In this document: positions 1-13,343 of the stretch, piece after piece | How positions within the stretch are numbered: position 1 is the stretch's first letter | Layout of the letters: each line of letters begins with the position of its first letter | From: Octopus bimaculoides | Lineage: Eukaryota | Direction: 5' to 3' | Assembly: GCF_001194135.2 (NCBI RefSeq) | Contig: NC_068983.1 | Coordinates: 9,317,037 to 9,381,036 of the forward strand | DNA: 64,000 bases | Program-made: the position numbers and the translations under genes | Notes under the pieces: generated by a model | The model's input: the letters and a program-made list of their open reading frames with translations, nothing else | Database searches by the model: none | What the model was told of the DNA's origin: nothing

Positions 1-6
1 GTAAGT
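1..6 (+). other. Candidate 5' splice donor (GTAAGT) at the window start
   Basis: The first six bases are the consensus donor GTAAGT, followed by AT-rich intron-like sequence. The upstream exon is outside the window. Confidence 0.4.
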
Positions 7-343
7 GCCTTTCTTATCGTTGATTTTTGGTGTCGCATGGCCAAAAATTACCGTGAATTTTTTTTAGAGACACTTTCAAATTTATCAGAATATCGGACTG
101 AGGATTGGAATAGGGATTTTTCATTCTCTTAACCATGAAACGATCGTATCCGATTAACTAAAGACTTGTTTTGTTTATGCTTTCCCCTCCGGTTTTTTGT
201 TCTATGTGTGCCATAAATATCGCCATCCATTTAGAGAAAAATTTGTAGTTTAGAATCAGTAGTTCTTTGACTGCTATTTCTAAATTTTCAGTATGTTGGA
301 GAAGCAACTCAATGCTAATCCCTGTATATTTATGATGATAAAT

Positions 344-381
<38 letters not shown>

Positions 382-700
382 TATGTGGGTACTGGACGTT
401 ACCGACAATGCAAACAACATGAAATACGGAAACAAATGTGTTATCTCTCTAGCGTGCCATTCTTACTACTTGCATTTGTATGTGAAGAGAGTGATAATTT
501 AATTATCGTTTGTTGGTGAGTTGAGTGTGAGCGTTTTTGTTCATTTACTTTTACATATCATTTATCCATTTATCCGTTTATTATCGCTCAATTAGTTTTC
601 TTTTTGTGTGGGAATAAGCTTTTTTGTAATATTGTTTCTAATGTGTTTATTTAACAATCTGATTATGGGTGCGACTATTATTTATGTCTCTCAATGTATT

Positions 701-746
<46 letters not shown>

Positions 747-964
747 TGTTTCTTTGTTTGTGTGTGTGTGTTTTAATTAAAATACACTTAAATGACACGA
801 GAATCAATCCACACAAACTTTTATTTTGGAATACGATTCAATACTGGATAATAACCAAACATGATTAAAATATTTTTCTGGCAACAAATCTTTCAAATGG
901 AAAAGTAACGAATAGAACTACAAAATACATATAATGCATACAGATATATAAACCACTATATACA

Positions 965-1009
<45 letters not shown>

Positions 1010-1654
1010 CTATACATATATATCTATACATGTAGACTGTCTGCGAGCTGCCTTAATCTCGAGGTGAGCGTGCCAACACACTCCTCATGAGGTTATCTTC
1101 TAACCATAAATTATAGCAACTACAGTCGAGATTGACCGAGTGGTCGGGGGGGGGGGGCAACATCCCTCGTGTGTCTGCATGTACGAAAGAGAGTGCGCAC
1201 GCGTATGTATGTATACGCATCCTGATCCAAGCTAGCTAACTAAACACCGTTTTGTCCCCTAAACATTTTGTCCCCTAAACAGCCTGCATATATATTTCTA
1301 CCATTCCTCTGTCTTAAACCTAATGTAACTCAATACATGCCTGTCTGTCCATTAACTTCTCCTAGAATCCTTTTTTTTTTTATCATCAATTCTTTGTATT
1401 TACAAGTATTTTGCAACTCCTATTGAAGAAAGAGAATTGTAAGTGAAAATTGTAGCGATGTTTCATTCCCTAACCAGACGGGTATATAAAAACTTGGCAG
1501 CCAAAACTCAGAATCTTTTTCGAGGCATAACTTTATGTATGGATGTACCTGATGAGACCCCGACTTCAAAATTAATGCAACACAAACGATCGTTGTACGA
1601 AAGAATTAATACCAACTCCATCTTCTTTTTACTTAAAAAAAATTATTTTTATTG

Positions 1655-1716
<62 letters not shown>

Positions 1717-1719
<3 letters not shown>

Positions 1720-2614
1720 TACCGATACTACTAGGTAATTCTGAAGGTGAACGGGCTCTATACTGTACTCTACCACGTTTCTGTTTCTGACAGAATATAA
1801 CTTAACTATATATATATATATNNNNNNNNNNNNNNNNNNNNNNNNNNNNNNNNNNNNNNNNNNNNNNNNNNNNNNNNNNNNNNNNNNNNNNNNNNNNNNN
1901 NNNNNNNNNNNNNNNNNNNNNNNNNNNNNNNNNNNNNNNNNNNNNNNNNNNNNNNNNNNNNNNNNNNNNNNNNNNNNNNNNNNNNNNNNNNNNNNNNNNN
2001 NNNNNNNNNNNNNNNNNNNNNNNNNNNNNNNNNNNNNNNNNNNNNNNNNNNNNNNNNNNNNNNNNNNNNNNNNNNNNNNNNNNNNNNNNNNNNNNNNNNN
2101 NNNNNNNNNNNNNNNNNNNNNNNNNNNNNNNNNNNNNNNNNNNNNNNNNNNNNNNNNNNNNNNNNNNNNNNNNNNNNNNNNNNNNNNNNNNNNNNNNNNN
2201 NNNNNNNNNNNNNNNNNNNNNNNNNNNNNCCCTTCGTCGGCGTTCGACAGCCACTGACCTTGGTGAGAGAGACAAAAACCTGGCAATCTTATATCTACTT
2301 TTCCAGTGAAATTCTTCACTGATATCGAAAAGGTGAAAACAAGCAATGTTAATTCTCTAAATGAAGTATTAAGCCAGCTGGAGGAGATGTCCTCGTGGGG
2401 CTAAAAGCAACAGTAGCATCCACCCCTAGGGGTCAGCCACACTTAAGTGGCAATATACTACACTTTATCGTGCAGTTACTGTTAATACTTCATTTAGAGA
2501 ATTAACATTGCTTATATATATATATGTAAGTTATATTCTGTCAGAAACAGAAACGTGGTAGAGTACAGTATAGAACCCGTTCACCTTCAGAATTACCTTG
2601 TTGTATCGGTAATA
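1717..2614. mobile_element. Fold-back/MITE-like structure with ~88-bp inverted arms (1717-1804 and 2527-2614)
   Basis: TTACCGATACTACTAGG...CAGAATATAACTTA is reverse-complemented at 2527-2614 with about 3 mismatches. Each arm abuts a (TA)n tract, and an N gap lies inside. Confidence 0.6.
2341..2513. mobile_element. MITE-like element with perfect 32-bp terminal inverted repeats
   Basis: AAGCAATGTTAATTCTCTAAATGAAGTATTAA (2341-2372) is the exact reverse complement of 2482-2513. Confidence 0.65.
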
Positions 2615-2925
2615 TTATTATATACTCCAAAGTTTAAATTTTGGCATTCGTCGTGTGTGAATATAAAAGTAACAAACTCGCTTTCACTGCACGAACCATG
2701 AGCTTTTCATCCGCTACTAAATTCAAACCACGACAAAAAGATGACATGGCCTTGAAGTCAACGCTTTTAAACTAACGGCGACAACACTCGTATAATACCT
2801 GAAGAAATGCAAATATGTATAGTGCAAACAAACAACTGCATAATCAAATACCTCTATTTTTGGAGAACTATGTTGCGTCGAAACAACTGTAGCGAATAAT
2901 ATACTAATATCCTCAATTTTATATG

Positions 2926-3073
2926 TATAGGATCCACAATGAGCAGAACTTACCTGCAGGTATTGGTAGTACAAAACATTGTCTGGTTTAAAGAGCCACA
3001 TCAGACGCCATTAAAGGGCTAAGGTGTAGGTGCAGGAGGTGGTCAAACTCTGTGTAAGGAGTAGACAACCACC
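2926..3073 (+). mobile_element. 3'-terminal fragment of a LINE-like element carrying C2H2 finger remnants (copy of 30548-30720)
   Basis: Homologous to the reverse complement of 30548-30720. Encodes RIHNEQNLPA and KTLSGLKSHIRRH*, then a short tail ending in a (TA)n tract. Confidence 0.65.
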
Positions 3074-3076
3074 ATG

Positions 3077-3110
<34 letters not shown>

Positions 3111-3759
3111 NNNNNNNNNNNNNNNNNNNNNNNNNNNNNNNNNNNNNNNNNNNNNNNNNNNNNNNNNNNNNNNNNNNNNNNNNNNNNNNNNNNNNNNNNN
3201 NNNNNNNNNNNNNNNNNNNNNNNNNNNNNNNNNNNNNNNNNNNNNNNNNNNNNNNNNNNNNNNNNNNNNNNNNNNNNNNNNNNNNNNNNNNNNNNNNNNN
3301 NNNNNNNNNNNNNNNNNNNNNNNNNNNNNNNNNNNNNNNNNNNNNNNNNNNNNNNNNNNNNNNNNNNNNNNNNNNNNNNNNNNNNNNNNNNNNNNNNNNN
3401 NNNNNNNNNNNNNNNNNNNNNNNNNNNNNNNNNNNNNNNNNNNNNNNNNNNNNNNNNNNNNNNNNNNNNNNNNNNNNNNNNNNNNNNNNNNNNNNNNNNN
3501 NNNNNNNNNNNNNNNNNNNNNNNNNNNNNNNNNNNNNNNNNNNNNNNNNNNNNNNNNNNNNNNNNNNNNNNNNNNNNNNNNNNNNNNNNNNNNNNNNNNN
3601 NNNNNNNNNNNNNNNNNNNNNNNNNNNNNNNNNNNNNNNNNNNNNNNNNNNNNNNNNNNNNNNNNNNNNNNNNNNNNNNNNNNNNNNNNNNNNNNNNNNN
3701 NNNNNNNNNNNNNNNNNNNNNNNNNNNNNNNNNNNNNNNNNNNNNNNNNNNNNNNNNNN

Positions 3760-3793
<34 letters not shown>

Positions 3794-3835
3794 TGTATGT
3801 GTGTGTATATGTTTGTGTTTTTGTTTCCCCCCCCC

Positions 3836-4015
3836 CAACATCGCTTGACAACCGCGGCTGGTTTGTTTTCGTCCCTGTAACTTAGTGGTTCGGCAAAAGA
3901 CACCGATAGAATAAGTATTAGGCTTGCAAAGAATAAGTCCTGGGGTCGAATTGCTCGACTAAAGGCGGTGCTCCAGCATGGCCGCAATCAAGTGACTGAA
4001 ACACGTAAAAGAGTA
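3836..4015 (+). mobile_element. SINE family B, 3' half (5' half probably in the N gap)
   Basis: ATCGCTTGACAACC...GGCGGTGCTCCAGCATGGCCGC...GACTGAAAC..TAAAAGA, shared with copies at 4375, 12774, 31768 and 34891. Confidence 0.85.
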
Positions 4016-4083
4016 AATTGCTTATCGTGCTACTTTATAAAAACATCTGCCCCGTATTACCTTTTACAAAATATAAACGGCTG

Positions 4084-4297
4084 AAGGCTGCGCGCTGGCA
4101 GACACGTTAGCACGTCGGGCAAAATGCTTAACGGTATTTCGTCTGTCTTTACATTCTGAGTTCAAATTCCGCCGTGATCAACTTTGCTTTTCATCCGTTC
4201 GGGGTCGATAAATTAAGCACCTTTTGCATACTGGGTCGATCTAATCCATTGGCCCCCTCCCCCAAAATTTCTGTCCTGGTGCCTAGAGTTGAAAAAA
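4084..4297 (+). mobile_element. tRNA-derived SINE family A
   Basis: Head GCTGGCAGA..CGTTAGCAC, B-box-like TTCTGAGTTCAAATTCC, body CTTTCATCC.TTCGGGGTCGATAAATTAAG; about 30 copies in the window. Confidence 0.85.
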
Positions 4298-4374
4298 TAT
4301 ATAGAAGGCGGAAAGTACTGTCGAAGAGGTTTTATTAATTTTTTTTTTTTCTATATACATTATCTTTACATTTA

Positions 4375-4802
4375 TTCTTTTACTTGTTTCAGTGATTTGA
4401 CAGCGGCCATGCTGGAGCACCACATTTAGTCGAGGACTTATTCTTTATAAGTCGAGGACTTATTCTTTATAAGTCTAGTACTTATTCTATCGGTCCTTTT
4501 TGCCGAATCGCTTTGTAACGGGGACGTAAACGCACCAGCGTCAGTTGTCAAGCGATGTTGGGAGAGACAAACACAGACACACAAACATATACACAAACAT
4601 ACATACACTCAAACATACATGTGTGTGTGTGTGTATACGACGGGTTTCTTTCAGTTTCTGTCTACCAAATCCACTCACAAGGCTTTGGTCGTCCTGAGGC
4701 TATAGTAGAAGACACTTACCCAAGGTGCCATGCGGTGGGATTGGACCAGGAACCATGTGGTTGGAAAGCAAGCTAATTACCCCACAGCCACTCCTGCGCC
4801 TA
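4375..4802 (-). mobile_element. tRNA-derived SINE family B, full length, with internal microsatellite
   Basis: Minus-strand head AGGCGCAGGAGTGGCTGTG, B-box-like GGTTCCTGGTCCAATCCC, internal (CA)-rich tract and family tail. Contains an internal 22-bp tandem duplication near 4419-4464. Confidence 0.85.
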
Positions 4803-4889
4803 TTAAACGCCTGATGCTCTATCAACTGAGCTATGAGGACGGACTGTTTATCTTTTCAATTAATTCTAATCCCACTTGAGTGTTTTCCC

Positions 4890-4899
4890 ACCTCTCTCT

Positions 4900-4930
<31 letters not shown>

Positions 4931-5515
4931 TCTGTCTCTCTCTCTCTCCCTCTCACTCTCTCTCTCTGTCTCTCGCTCTNNNNNNNNNNNNNNNNNNNNN
5001 NNNNNNNNNNNNNNNNNNNNNNNNNNNNNNNNNNNNNNNNNNNNNNNNNNNNNNNNNNNNNNNNNNNNNNNNNNNNNNNNNNNNNNNNNNNNNNNNNNNN
5101 NNNNNNNNNNNNNNNNNNNNNNNNNNNNNNNNNNNNNNNNNNNNNNNNNNNNNNNNNNNNNNNNNNNNNNNNNNNNNNNNNNNNNNNNNNNNNNNNNNNN
5201 NNNNNNNNNNNNNNNNNNNNNNNNNNNNNNNNNNNNNNNNNNNNNNNNNNNNNNNNNNNNNNNNNNNNNNNNNNNNNNNNNNNNNNNNNNNNNNNNNNNN
5301 NNNNNNNNNNNNNNNNNNNNNNNNNNNNNNNNNNNNNNNNNNNNNNNNNNNNNNNNNNNNNNNNNNNNNNNNNNNNNNNNNNNNNNNNNNNNNNNNNNNN
5401 NNNNNNNNNNNNNNNNNNNNNNNNNNNNNNNNNNNNNNNNNNNNNNNNNNNNNNNNNNNNNNNNNNNNNNNNNNNNNNNNNNNNNNNNNNNNNNNNNNNN
5501 NNNNNNNNNNNNNNN

Positions 5516-5560
<45 letters not shown>
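4890..5560. repeat. (CT)n microsatellite spanning an assembly gap
   Basis: CT repeats on both sides of N4980-5514. Confidence 0.9.
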
Positions 5561-5565
<5 letters not shown>

Positions 5566-6307
5566 CCTACCTTTTATTATAAAACTGTGAATAAGGCCAA
5601 AACCAGCCACGCCCATGACTGAAATTAATTGTTTATGTTCGATAATTTTATTGAACGTTTCTGCTCTTTCACCATGATAAGTGCTGTATATCGATGTAAC
5701 CAAAAATTGTGGCTATCTTTTCTCTTTATCTTCTGCTTCAGTAACTGTGACTGGAACCAGAACTACCCACGCCAAAAGTATAAATTGATTGTACAATGAG
5801 GTCTCTGGTATGAAATATAGATTTGTGAGAAAAATCGATTAATTGTGGTTGTCCATGCATTAATTAGACAAAAGCTTAATCTTTGGTTAGTAATTTATGG
5901 GGTGCACACTGAAGAGCGAGAATACAAATAATAACTAAACTATTCATTTTTAATACGTTCTAGCAGATTCGAGCCTGAATATCTGGTATTGCTAGTCGAT
6001 AGCATGCGGATATCTTCTCTTAAAGCGATATGTGTTCATAATACACGTGATTCACCGGTGTAAGGAGATTCATTGGTCCGGAGTAGCTTCGACTAAAAAG
6101 CAACGCACAAATGGGTGAAACACCGTCGTCTGTAGAAACCCATTTACACTTGTGAATCACGTGTGTGTTAACTACATCTGAAGTAATGGGAGAAGACACT
6201 TTCCGATTTTATATAACAACAGTCATCAGATATTCTCGTTCAAAACTATCGGAACATATTAATAATGAATAGATACTTTATCACTGTTTGTCATCGGTTG
6301 GTCATAT

Positions 6308-6503
6308 CTTGGCACAAGACCAGCAAGTTCGAGGATGTTGATTATATTGACCCCAGTACTCAACTGGTACTTATTTTATATCGACCTCGAAAAAATCAAC
6401 GACAAAATAAACCGCAGCCGAATTCGAACTCAAAATGTGAAGACGGACAAAATGCCGCTAAGTATTTTGCTTGGCGTGCCAACAATACCGCCCTTTCACA
6501 ACC
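6308..6503 (-). mobile_element. SINE family A, diverged
   Basis: Reverse complement of the family A head and body (GAATTCGAACTCAAAATGTGAAGACGGACAAAATGCCGCTAAG). Confidence 0.75.
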
Positions 6504-7154
6504 TCGAAGTTGGATAATATTGCAAAAGATTTAAAATCATCTGAGGAAAGTATGTTCTTGAACGACACTTTGTCATTCTTGAACGACACTTCGTAATTAA
6601 TATGTGTATCTTTAATACCAGATTTTGAATACTAGAAATTATTCGTTCTTCCTCTCAGCATTGTGGAGAGTTATATTATAGACACACTCACCTGTTGTGT
6701 AACCACATAATATAACCTGTAGTCCCATTCACATGCTATAAAGCCATCTCCATCTACAGTAATGTGCCATCTATTTGCCGTACGATCGCATCTATCGCCA
6801 GAGTTTTCTCTATCTAATGTAGAACGCCTTCATCTGCCTCACATTGTCATTTATTCTGTTCTCATTCTTCCTCATCTGAAGTAAGCCAACATTCATCTAT
6901 TGTACAGAGGCAACCAACATCTGTTACGCACCGTTTCACTAATCGGTTTAGTATTTTATTTTAGATTTAGATGATTCGCGTCGACGTAATTATCCTTACA
7001 ACAGCCTAGCGTCTTGTTCAAGGTTGTGGGTATTTTGCCCTCTCGTTGCTTATACAAGTTTCAAACCGAAATACTCCTCAATTCCCTCAACCTGATGGTT
7101 CCTGACAGACCTAAGATTCTAATACCAAGATATAAGTAATAGTGTGTATGTGTG

Positions 7155-7201
<47 letters not shown>

Positions 7202-7410
7202 ATGCGTCTGCATGTGTGTTTGTGCCTGTTTGTGTCTGATAAAATGTATTATCTTTCTAGTTAATATATCTCACTTTTAATTCTCGCCGTTAAAATAATT
7301 GGATACATGCAGTCATACCTGTTCATCGATATATGATTACTTAGGACACTACCACAAGCCTGTAGGCTCTGATATAACCCCGATGATAAAACACTGTGTG
7401 TGTGCGCGTT

Positions 7411-7530
<120 letters not shown>

Positions 7531-7538
7531 TGAATGTC

Positions 7539-7769
7539 TATTTCTTTACTGCCCACAAGGAGCTAAACGTAGAGGGAACAAACAAACAAGGACAGACAAA
7601 GGGATTAAGTCGATTACATCGACCCCAATGCGTAACTGGTAGTTCATTTATCGACCCCGAAAGAATGAAAGGCAAAGTCGACCTCGACGGAATTTGAACT
7701 CAGAACGTAACGGCAGACGAAATACCGCTAAGCATTTCGCCCGACGTGCTAACGTTTCTGCCAGCTCGC
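7539..7769 (-). mobile_element. SINE family A, tail variant 1 (solo copy)
   Basis: Family A body with the tail TTTCTTTACTGCCCACAAGG...GGACAGACAAAGGGATTAAGTCGATTAC on the + strand. Confidence 0.85.
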
Positions 7770-8183
7770 TGTGTCTGTATGTGTGTTTGTCTGTATGTCT
7801 GTCTGTGTGTCTGTCTGTGTCTGTCTGTGTCCATCTGTATGTGTGTGTTATAGCACGGACTATACTGTTGATATAATTTACATTTAGCAATTACAGCGCG
7901 GAAGACAAGCGCCAGCCATACAAAATCGCACAAAAAAACTATTAGCTTTACTTCAATATTTATTATTTGGTGTCGAAACTTCCGTTGCACTAAGTACCAT
8001 TTCATAACTCACACAGCCCTTTCGCAAACTACTCGCCAGATAAGTACATTCACCAAACTTACAATTACTTTCCATTATACCAAAGGCCAGTCATGGTTGT
8101 CGACGGATGTATTAATGCTAAAGATTATATGATAAGGATGAAAATGAAAGAAAAACAAAAATAATAAAACGGAAACTAATCAG

Positions 8184-8418
8184 ATAGGCACAAGCGTGGC
8201 TGCATGATAAGAAGCATGCTTCGTAACTACATGGTTCCGGGTTCAGTCTGACTGCGTGGCTCCTTGGGCGAGTGTCTTCTACTATAGTTCAGGACCGACC
8301 AAAGACTTGGGAGCGGATTTGGTAGACGGAAACTGAAAGAAACCCATTAAATATGTGTATATGTATAAATTATGTGTATATGTGTGTGTACGCGTGTGTT
8401 TGGGTGCGTAGGTGTGTG

Positions 8419-8470
<52 letters not shown>

Positions 8471-8845
8471 CATATATAATGTCTGTGTACGTGTATGGAT
8501 GTGCGTTTTTGATTCCCAAACCGCTTGACAATCGATGTTGGTGTGTTTAGGTCCCTGCGCAAAAGTGGTTCGGCAGGATAATAGAATAAGTATCAGGCTT
8601 TAAAAAAATAAGTACTGGGGCCGTTATATTCAACTAAAAGTTCTTCCTGTTTTTATGTAGCCCCATCCTACCGCTTGGCAACCGGCGATGTTTTCTTTTC
8701 GTCTCCGTAACCTAACGGTTCGGCAAATGGAACCGATAAAAAAAGTACCAGATTAAAATAATATATATATCCTAAGCATTAAAACATAACAAGGTGGTGC
8801 CCCAGTATGGCCGCAGTCCAACGACTGAAGTAATTAAAATGTAGA
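8184..8845 (+). mobile_element. SINE family B plus a second 3' half
   Basis: Head AGGCACAAGCGTGGCTGCATG, GGTTCCGGGTTCAGT, internal (TA)n and tail; the 3' half recurs at 8670-8845. Confidence 0.75.
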
Positions 8846-9683
8846 AGATAAAAGATTTATTACTGCGTATCCGGTCCTCCGTATTATTTCACTTCTGTCA
8901 TCTTACAACCATCATCTCTGATATTTATCATCTCCACTTTCTCACTTTTGCTACATGTAATACGCTTCAAGGATATTATTACACTGAGTTGTGCAAAAGT
9001 CTCACACAAACTTTCTTGGTTTGCAGTTGATTTCAATTATGTCTTCAATATATGTCAAGTTTCACATTTTTAATCTAGCAATTGTCATCTATAATTTCCT
9101 AAGCGCCTGTAATGTTGCTCTTTTCAGTCTTCAGCACAGTATCAGAAAAGTTTGAAATAAGTTTCGATGGTTTAAATAGCAAAATAAGAATGAATGGAGA
9201 ATTGTACGTCCTCGCGAATCACACTGATGAGATTTTGTATAGTTTGTATTTTACAAAATAATGCTTGTTCCTTCTCATTCTCAAGCTAGTAAATCTAATA
9301 CAGCTAATATTAGTTAGCCACTGATGTGATAGAGTGAGGGAAGAGGTGTAATGCAGGAGCAGAGACGGGGAGAGAGAAAGAGAGGGGAAAGATAAGACAG
9401 AGAAGGGGTAGTGAGAATCAAGAGAGAGAAAAACAGATCAGAAAGGTGTGAAGACATAGGAAAATATATATATATTTAGAGAGGGAGAGAGAGTGAAGTG
9501 AGAGAGACGCAACCATTGTATGTGTATGTGTGTTGTGTATGGCAGTAGTTTAGAACTCAAATTTTTATTCCGTATCAATGATAAATGAGAATATAGTTGA
9601 TACTTGATATCCTCATTTATCATATGTCTGTTTTACTAGGTTTGTGTACATATTTACTAACTCATCTGTATAAAAAAATCGGT

Positions 9684-9724
<41 letters not shown>

Positions 9725-11664
9725 NNNNNNNNNNNNNNNNNNNNNNNNNNNNNNNNNNNNNNNNNNNNNNNNNNNNNNNNNNNNNNNNNNNNNNNNNNNN
9801 NNNNNNNNNNNNNNNNNNNNNNNNNNNNNNNNNNNNNNNNNNNNNNNNNNNNNNNNNNNNNNNNNNNNNNNNNNNNNNNNNNNNNNNNNNNNNNNNNNNN
9901 NNNNNNNNNNNNNNNNNNNNNNNNNNNNNNNNNNNNNNNNNNNNNNNNNNNNNNNNNNNNNNNNNNNNNNNNNNNNNNNNNNNNNNNNNNNNNNNNNNNN
10001 NNNNNNNNNNNNNNNNNNNNNNNNNNNNNNNNNNNNNNNNNNNNNNNNNNNNNNNNNNNNNNNNNNNNNNNNNNNNNNNNNNNNNNNNNNNNNNNNNNNN
10101 NNNNNNNNNNNNNNNNNNNNNNNNNNNNNNNNNNNNNNNNNNNNNNNNNNNNNNNNNNNNNNNNNNNNNNNNNNNNNNNNNNNNNNNNNNNNNNNNNNNN
10201 NNNNNNNNNNNNNNNNNNNNNNNNNNNNNNNNNNNNNNNNNNNNNNNNNNNNNNNNNNNNNNNNNNNNNNNTATATATATATTTACACACACACATACAT
10301 GCGTATTTATGCGTATGAGCGCGTATGCGTGTGTGAGTGAATGGTTATTATGTTAGCAGCCATTACGAGATCCATATATTTGAAACCTGTAGTATATCAA
10401 CTGCACACAAATATCATTAAGAATTTGCTCTCTCACCCATTTAATATATCGACATTTCAACATGTGCAGCTCTCTTGAGACTGTGTAAAAATATGGAGAA
10501 ATATGAATATTTCCTTAAATATATTTCCGTTGTAAACAAATCTTCCAAGATAATCTAACATCGAAATGGAATTTTGAACTCAATGTCAATATTACTTAAG
10601 CAGTAGTTTTGTCGCTCTGAAGCAACGATTCTATAGTAATATAGCAATGATATAGAACCTGGAACATTGAATTATTCTTTTCACTTCGCAGCTCTGGCGG
10701 TTCCATGTTCTAGTTCTGACAATGGTTTCTTCAATATAATATCAAAACATTTCTGGAATCGATATAAAACTGTATAAATTTTTTGGCGAAAGCTTTATTA
10801 GTTTATCCCAGATGTTACCATATTTGAAAAGAGAAGAAACGACGGAGTTACGTCATGTAGGAAATAGGTAGCAAAGTTTCTGCAGTTCGTACACTGGTGA
10901 GTTTTCTGTGAGTTTCATTATATTAATTCAGGTGTTCAGTTCATTCTTGAATTCCTAATCGTTAAATTAACGTGAAACTGACTGAGTTTTCCACAGATAA
11001 GTGTGCTCTTAACGGAATTATGGGGACACATATATCTTGAAAAGGGACACATCACTATACTAAATTGCCGACTCAGTTTAGAAAGACTCCCAAAACTAAA
11101 CCCCCTGAAAAACTAAAATCCCTGGCTTCAATGGTTGTTTCGCGTGACTGTAGCTTTGAATTGTTCAATCACTTTCTCTGTTCTCCTAATTTGGTTTCAT
11201 CTATCATCATTTCCCCAACATGACAAAACACTTAGCTTGGAACCAGTATGGCAATGATGAGGACGAAATATCTGCTGTTGATGACATTTTCGTCCAACAG
11301 GATGAAGCTTCACCAATGGGATCCAAACCCTACAACTCCAAGCCAAGAAGCGTGGGATTGCAAGAGGGACTATGTTGAAAAATAAATCTCATTTGGTAAC
11401 ATTCTATGAGAATATCCTTTCAGCCGACCCTCGTATGATTTGCTAGGATATACCATATTTACATATGTTGTGTTGTTGCCTATCTAGGACGGTGCGAATG
11501 CAGACACTCTTTGGGCCTCCGAATCCTTGACCCAACAGAACATTAAGGATATGACAGCAGCAGGGGAAAATTGCATTAACATTTGACTAAGTACGCTAGA
11601 TCAACCTGAAATTAATTACTTCGCTCAAAGAAAAATTACACTTCCACCACCAATTCTGAAACCA

Positions 11665-12693
11665 AATCCACGGGATACGCTTCAAATTGCACTTATTTTA
11701 TCAACTCCGGATGATGAAAGGCGAAGTTGACCCCAGCGTAATTTGAAATCAGAACGTAAAGACGGACGAAATGTTGATAAGCATTTCACCCTACTGCTAA
11801 CGATTTTGCCATTTCGCCTCCTTCAGTCTAGCAAGTCTTAATGATTATGACAACTTTTTTAGATATGAGATGTGCCGTAGACCTTTGACCGGACCTTAAC
11901 TCGGTTCCCATGGCGTATATGTCACTTACATGAGCACATTCCCTACAAAAACCGAACGTCTGTCCGTCTCGGAGAATTTTGGATTTTATTTACTAGTGAG
12001 CGAACTGGAGAAAATAATGCTCTACTGGGTCCAAGAATCGAAACCACAATCGAAAATTGTGAGTGCAACGCACTAACAACACGATTACACATCTTCACTT
12101 TTACCACCACCATGAAAAAAGAAGAAAACACAGAAACGCTTGCGGCTGCTGGAAAATAAATCTTGTCGCCTGTATCGACTATAAAACAATTAATTAAATT
12201 TGCACAATCGAATATATTTATATTTCTGGAGAGGAAATTTTTTTTCTTTATGCTCATGGCGCTTCCTCGGGATAATATAGCTTTCATATTTTGGCACAAG
12301 GCCAGTAGTTTCTAGGTAAGGGGCAAGTCAATAATACCAACCCCAGTGCTCAAACGGAACTTATTTTATCGACGGCGAAAGATAAAAGGCGAAGTCGATG
12401 TAATTTGAATTCAAAATGTAAAGACGGGCGAGATGTTAAGCATTTCGCCCTGTTGCTAACGATTCTGCCCTTTCACCGCCTTATCTTCAGGATAATATTG
12501 CTTTCAAATTTTTAAACAAGGCCTGCAATTTCGAGTGAAGTAGGTAACTGGATTACATCAACTCCAGTGTTCAAGTGTTACTTATTTTGTAGATTCCGAA
12601 AGGACGATAGGGCAAAGTGCTCCTCGGTCGAATTTCAAATACTGCTAAGCATTTTGCTCGGCATGTGAAAAATTCTGGCGGTTCGCCACCTTA
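11665..12693 (-). mobile_element. Three diverged SINE family A copies (about 11665-11823, 12283-12482, 12503-12693)
   Basis: Each shows the reverse-complement family A core GGCGAAGTCGA...AATTTGAA.TCA.AACGTAAAGACGG. Confidence 0.75.
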
Positions 12694-12773
12694 TCTTCAC
12701 AATAATATTGGCATTTGATCATGGTGGTGGGAATGTTCTTCTATCTCAGGTCACCCATCATTCTTTCTTTCTT

Positions 12774-12988
12774 TCTTTTACTTGTTTCAGTCATTTGACT
12801 GCGGCCATACTGGAGCACCACCTTTAGTCGAACAAATCGACCCTAGGACTTATTCTTTGTAAACCTAGTACTTATTCTATCAGTCTTTCATGCCGAACCG
12901 CTATGTTACGGGGACGTAAATACACTAACACCGGTTGTCAAGTGATGGTGGGGAACAAACACAGAGACACACACGCACAAACATACAC

Positions 12989-13019
<31 letters not shown>

Positions 13020-13183
13020 CGACGGGCTTCTTTCAGTTTCCGTCTACCAAATTCGCTGACAAGGCTTTGGTTGGCCCGAGGCTATAGTAGAATACACTTG
13101 CCCAAGGCGCCACGCAGTGGGACTGAACCCAGAACCATGTGGCTGGAAAGCAAGCTACTTACCACACAGCCACTCCTGCGTCT
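12774..13183 (-). mobile_element. SINE family B, full length
   Basis: CTTTTACTTGTTTCAGTCATTTGACTGCGGCC...CCACACAGCCACTCCTGCG; near-identical layout to 4375 and 34891. Confidence 0.9.
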
Positions 13184-13343
13184 GAAGAACTTACAGTCAA
13201 AAGTAACCTAGGCTTAAAACATAACGGCATGATTTGATGCTATTTGTGAGAGGTGATTGTAGTACCATTGTTAGTGGTAACAATTGTTATATCGATCGAT
13301 ATTGCATAAATTCGACAACCACAGTATAAACAAAACTGGATCA

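Noticed and set aside
1633-5703. Long ORFs of 150-314 aa in the supplied track (also 9597-10340, 20617-21621, 33283-34207)
   Set aside because: They are runs of X from N gaps plus dinucleotide-repeat translations.
6692-6875. Minus-strand exon-like unit (TTACTTCAG acceptor, CAG/GTGAGT donor)
   Set aside because: All three frames contain stops; it could only be non-coding and has no other support.
11220-11378. 52-aa ORF MTKHLAWNQYGNDEDEISAVDDIFVQQDEASP...
   Set aside because: No recognisable homology or splice context, and ORFs of this length are expected by chance.
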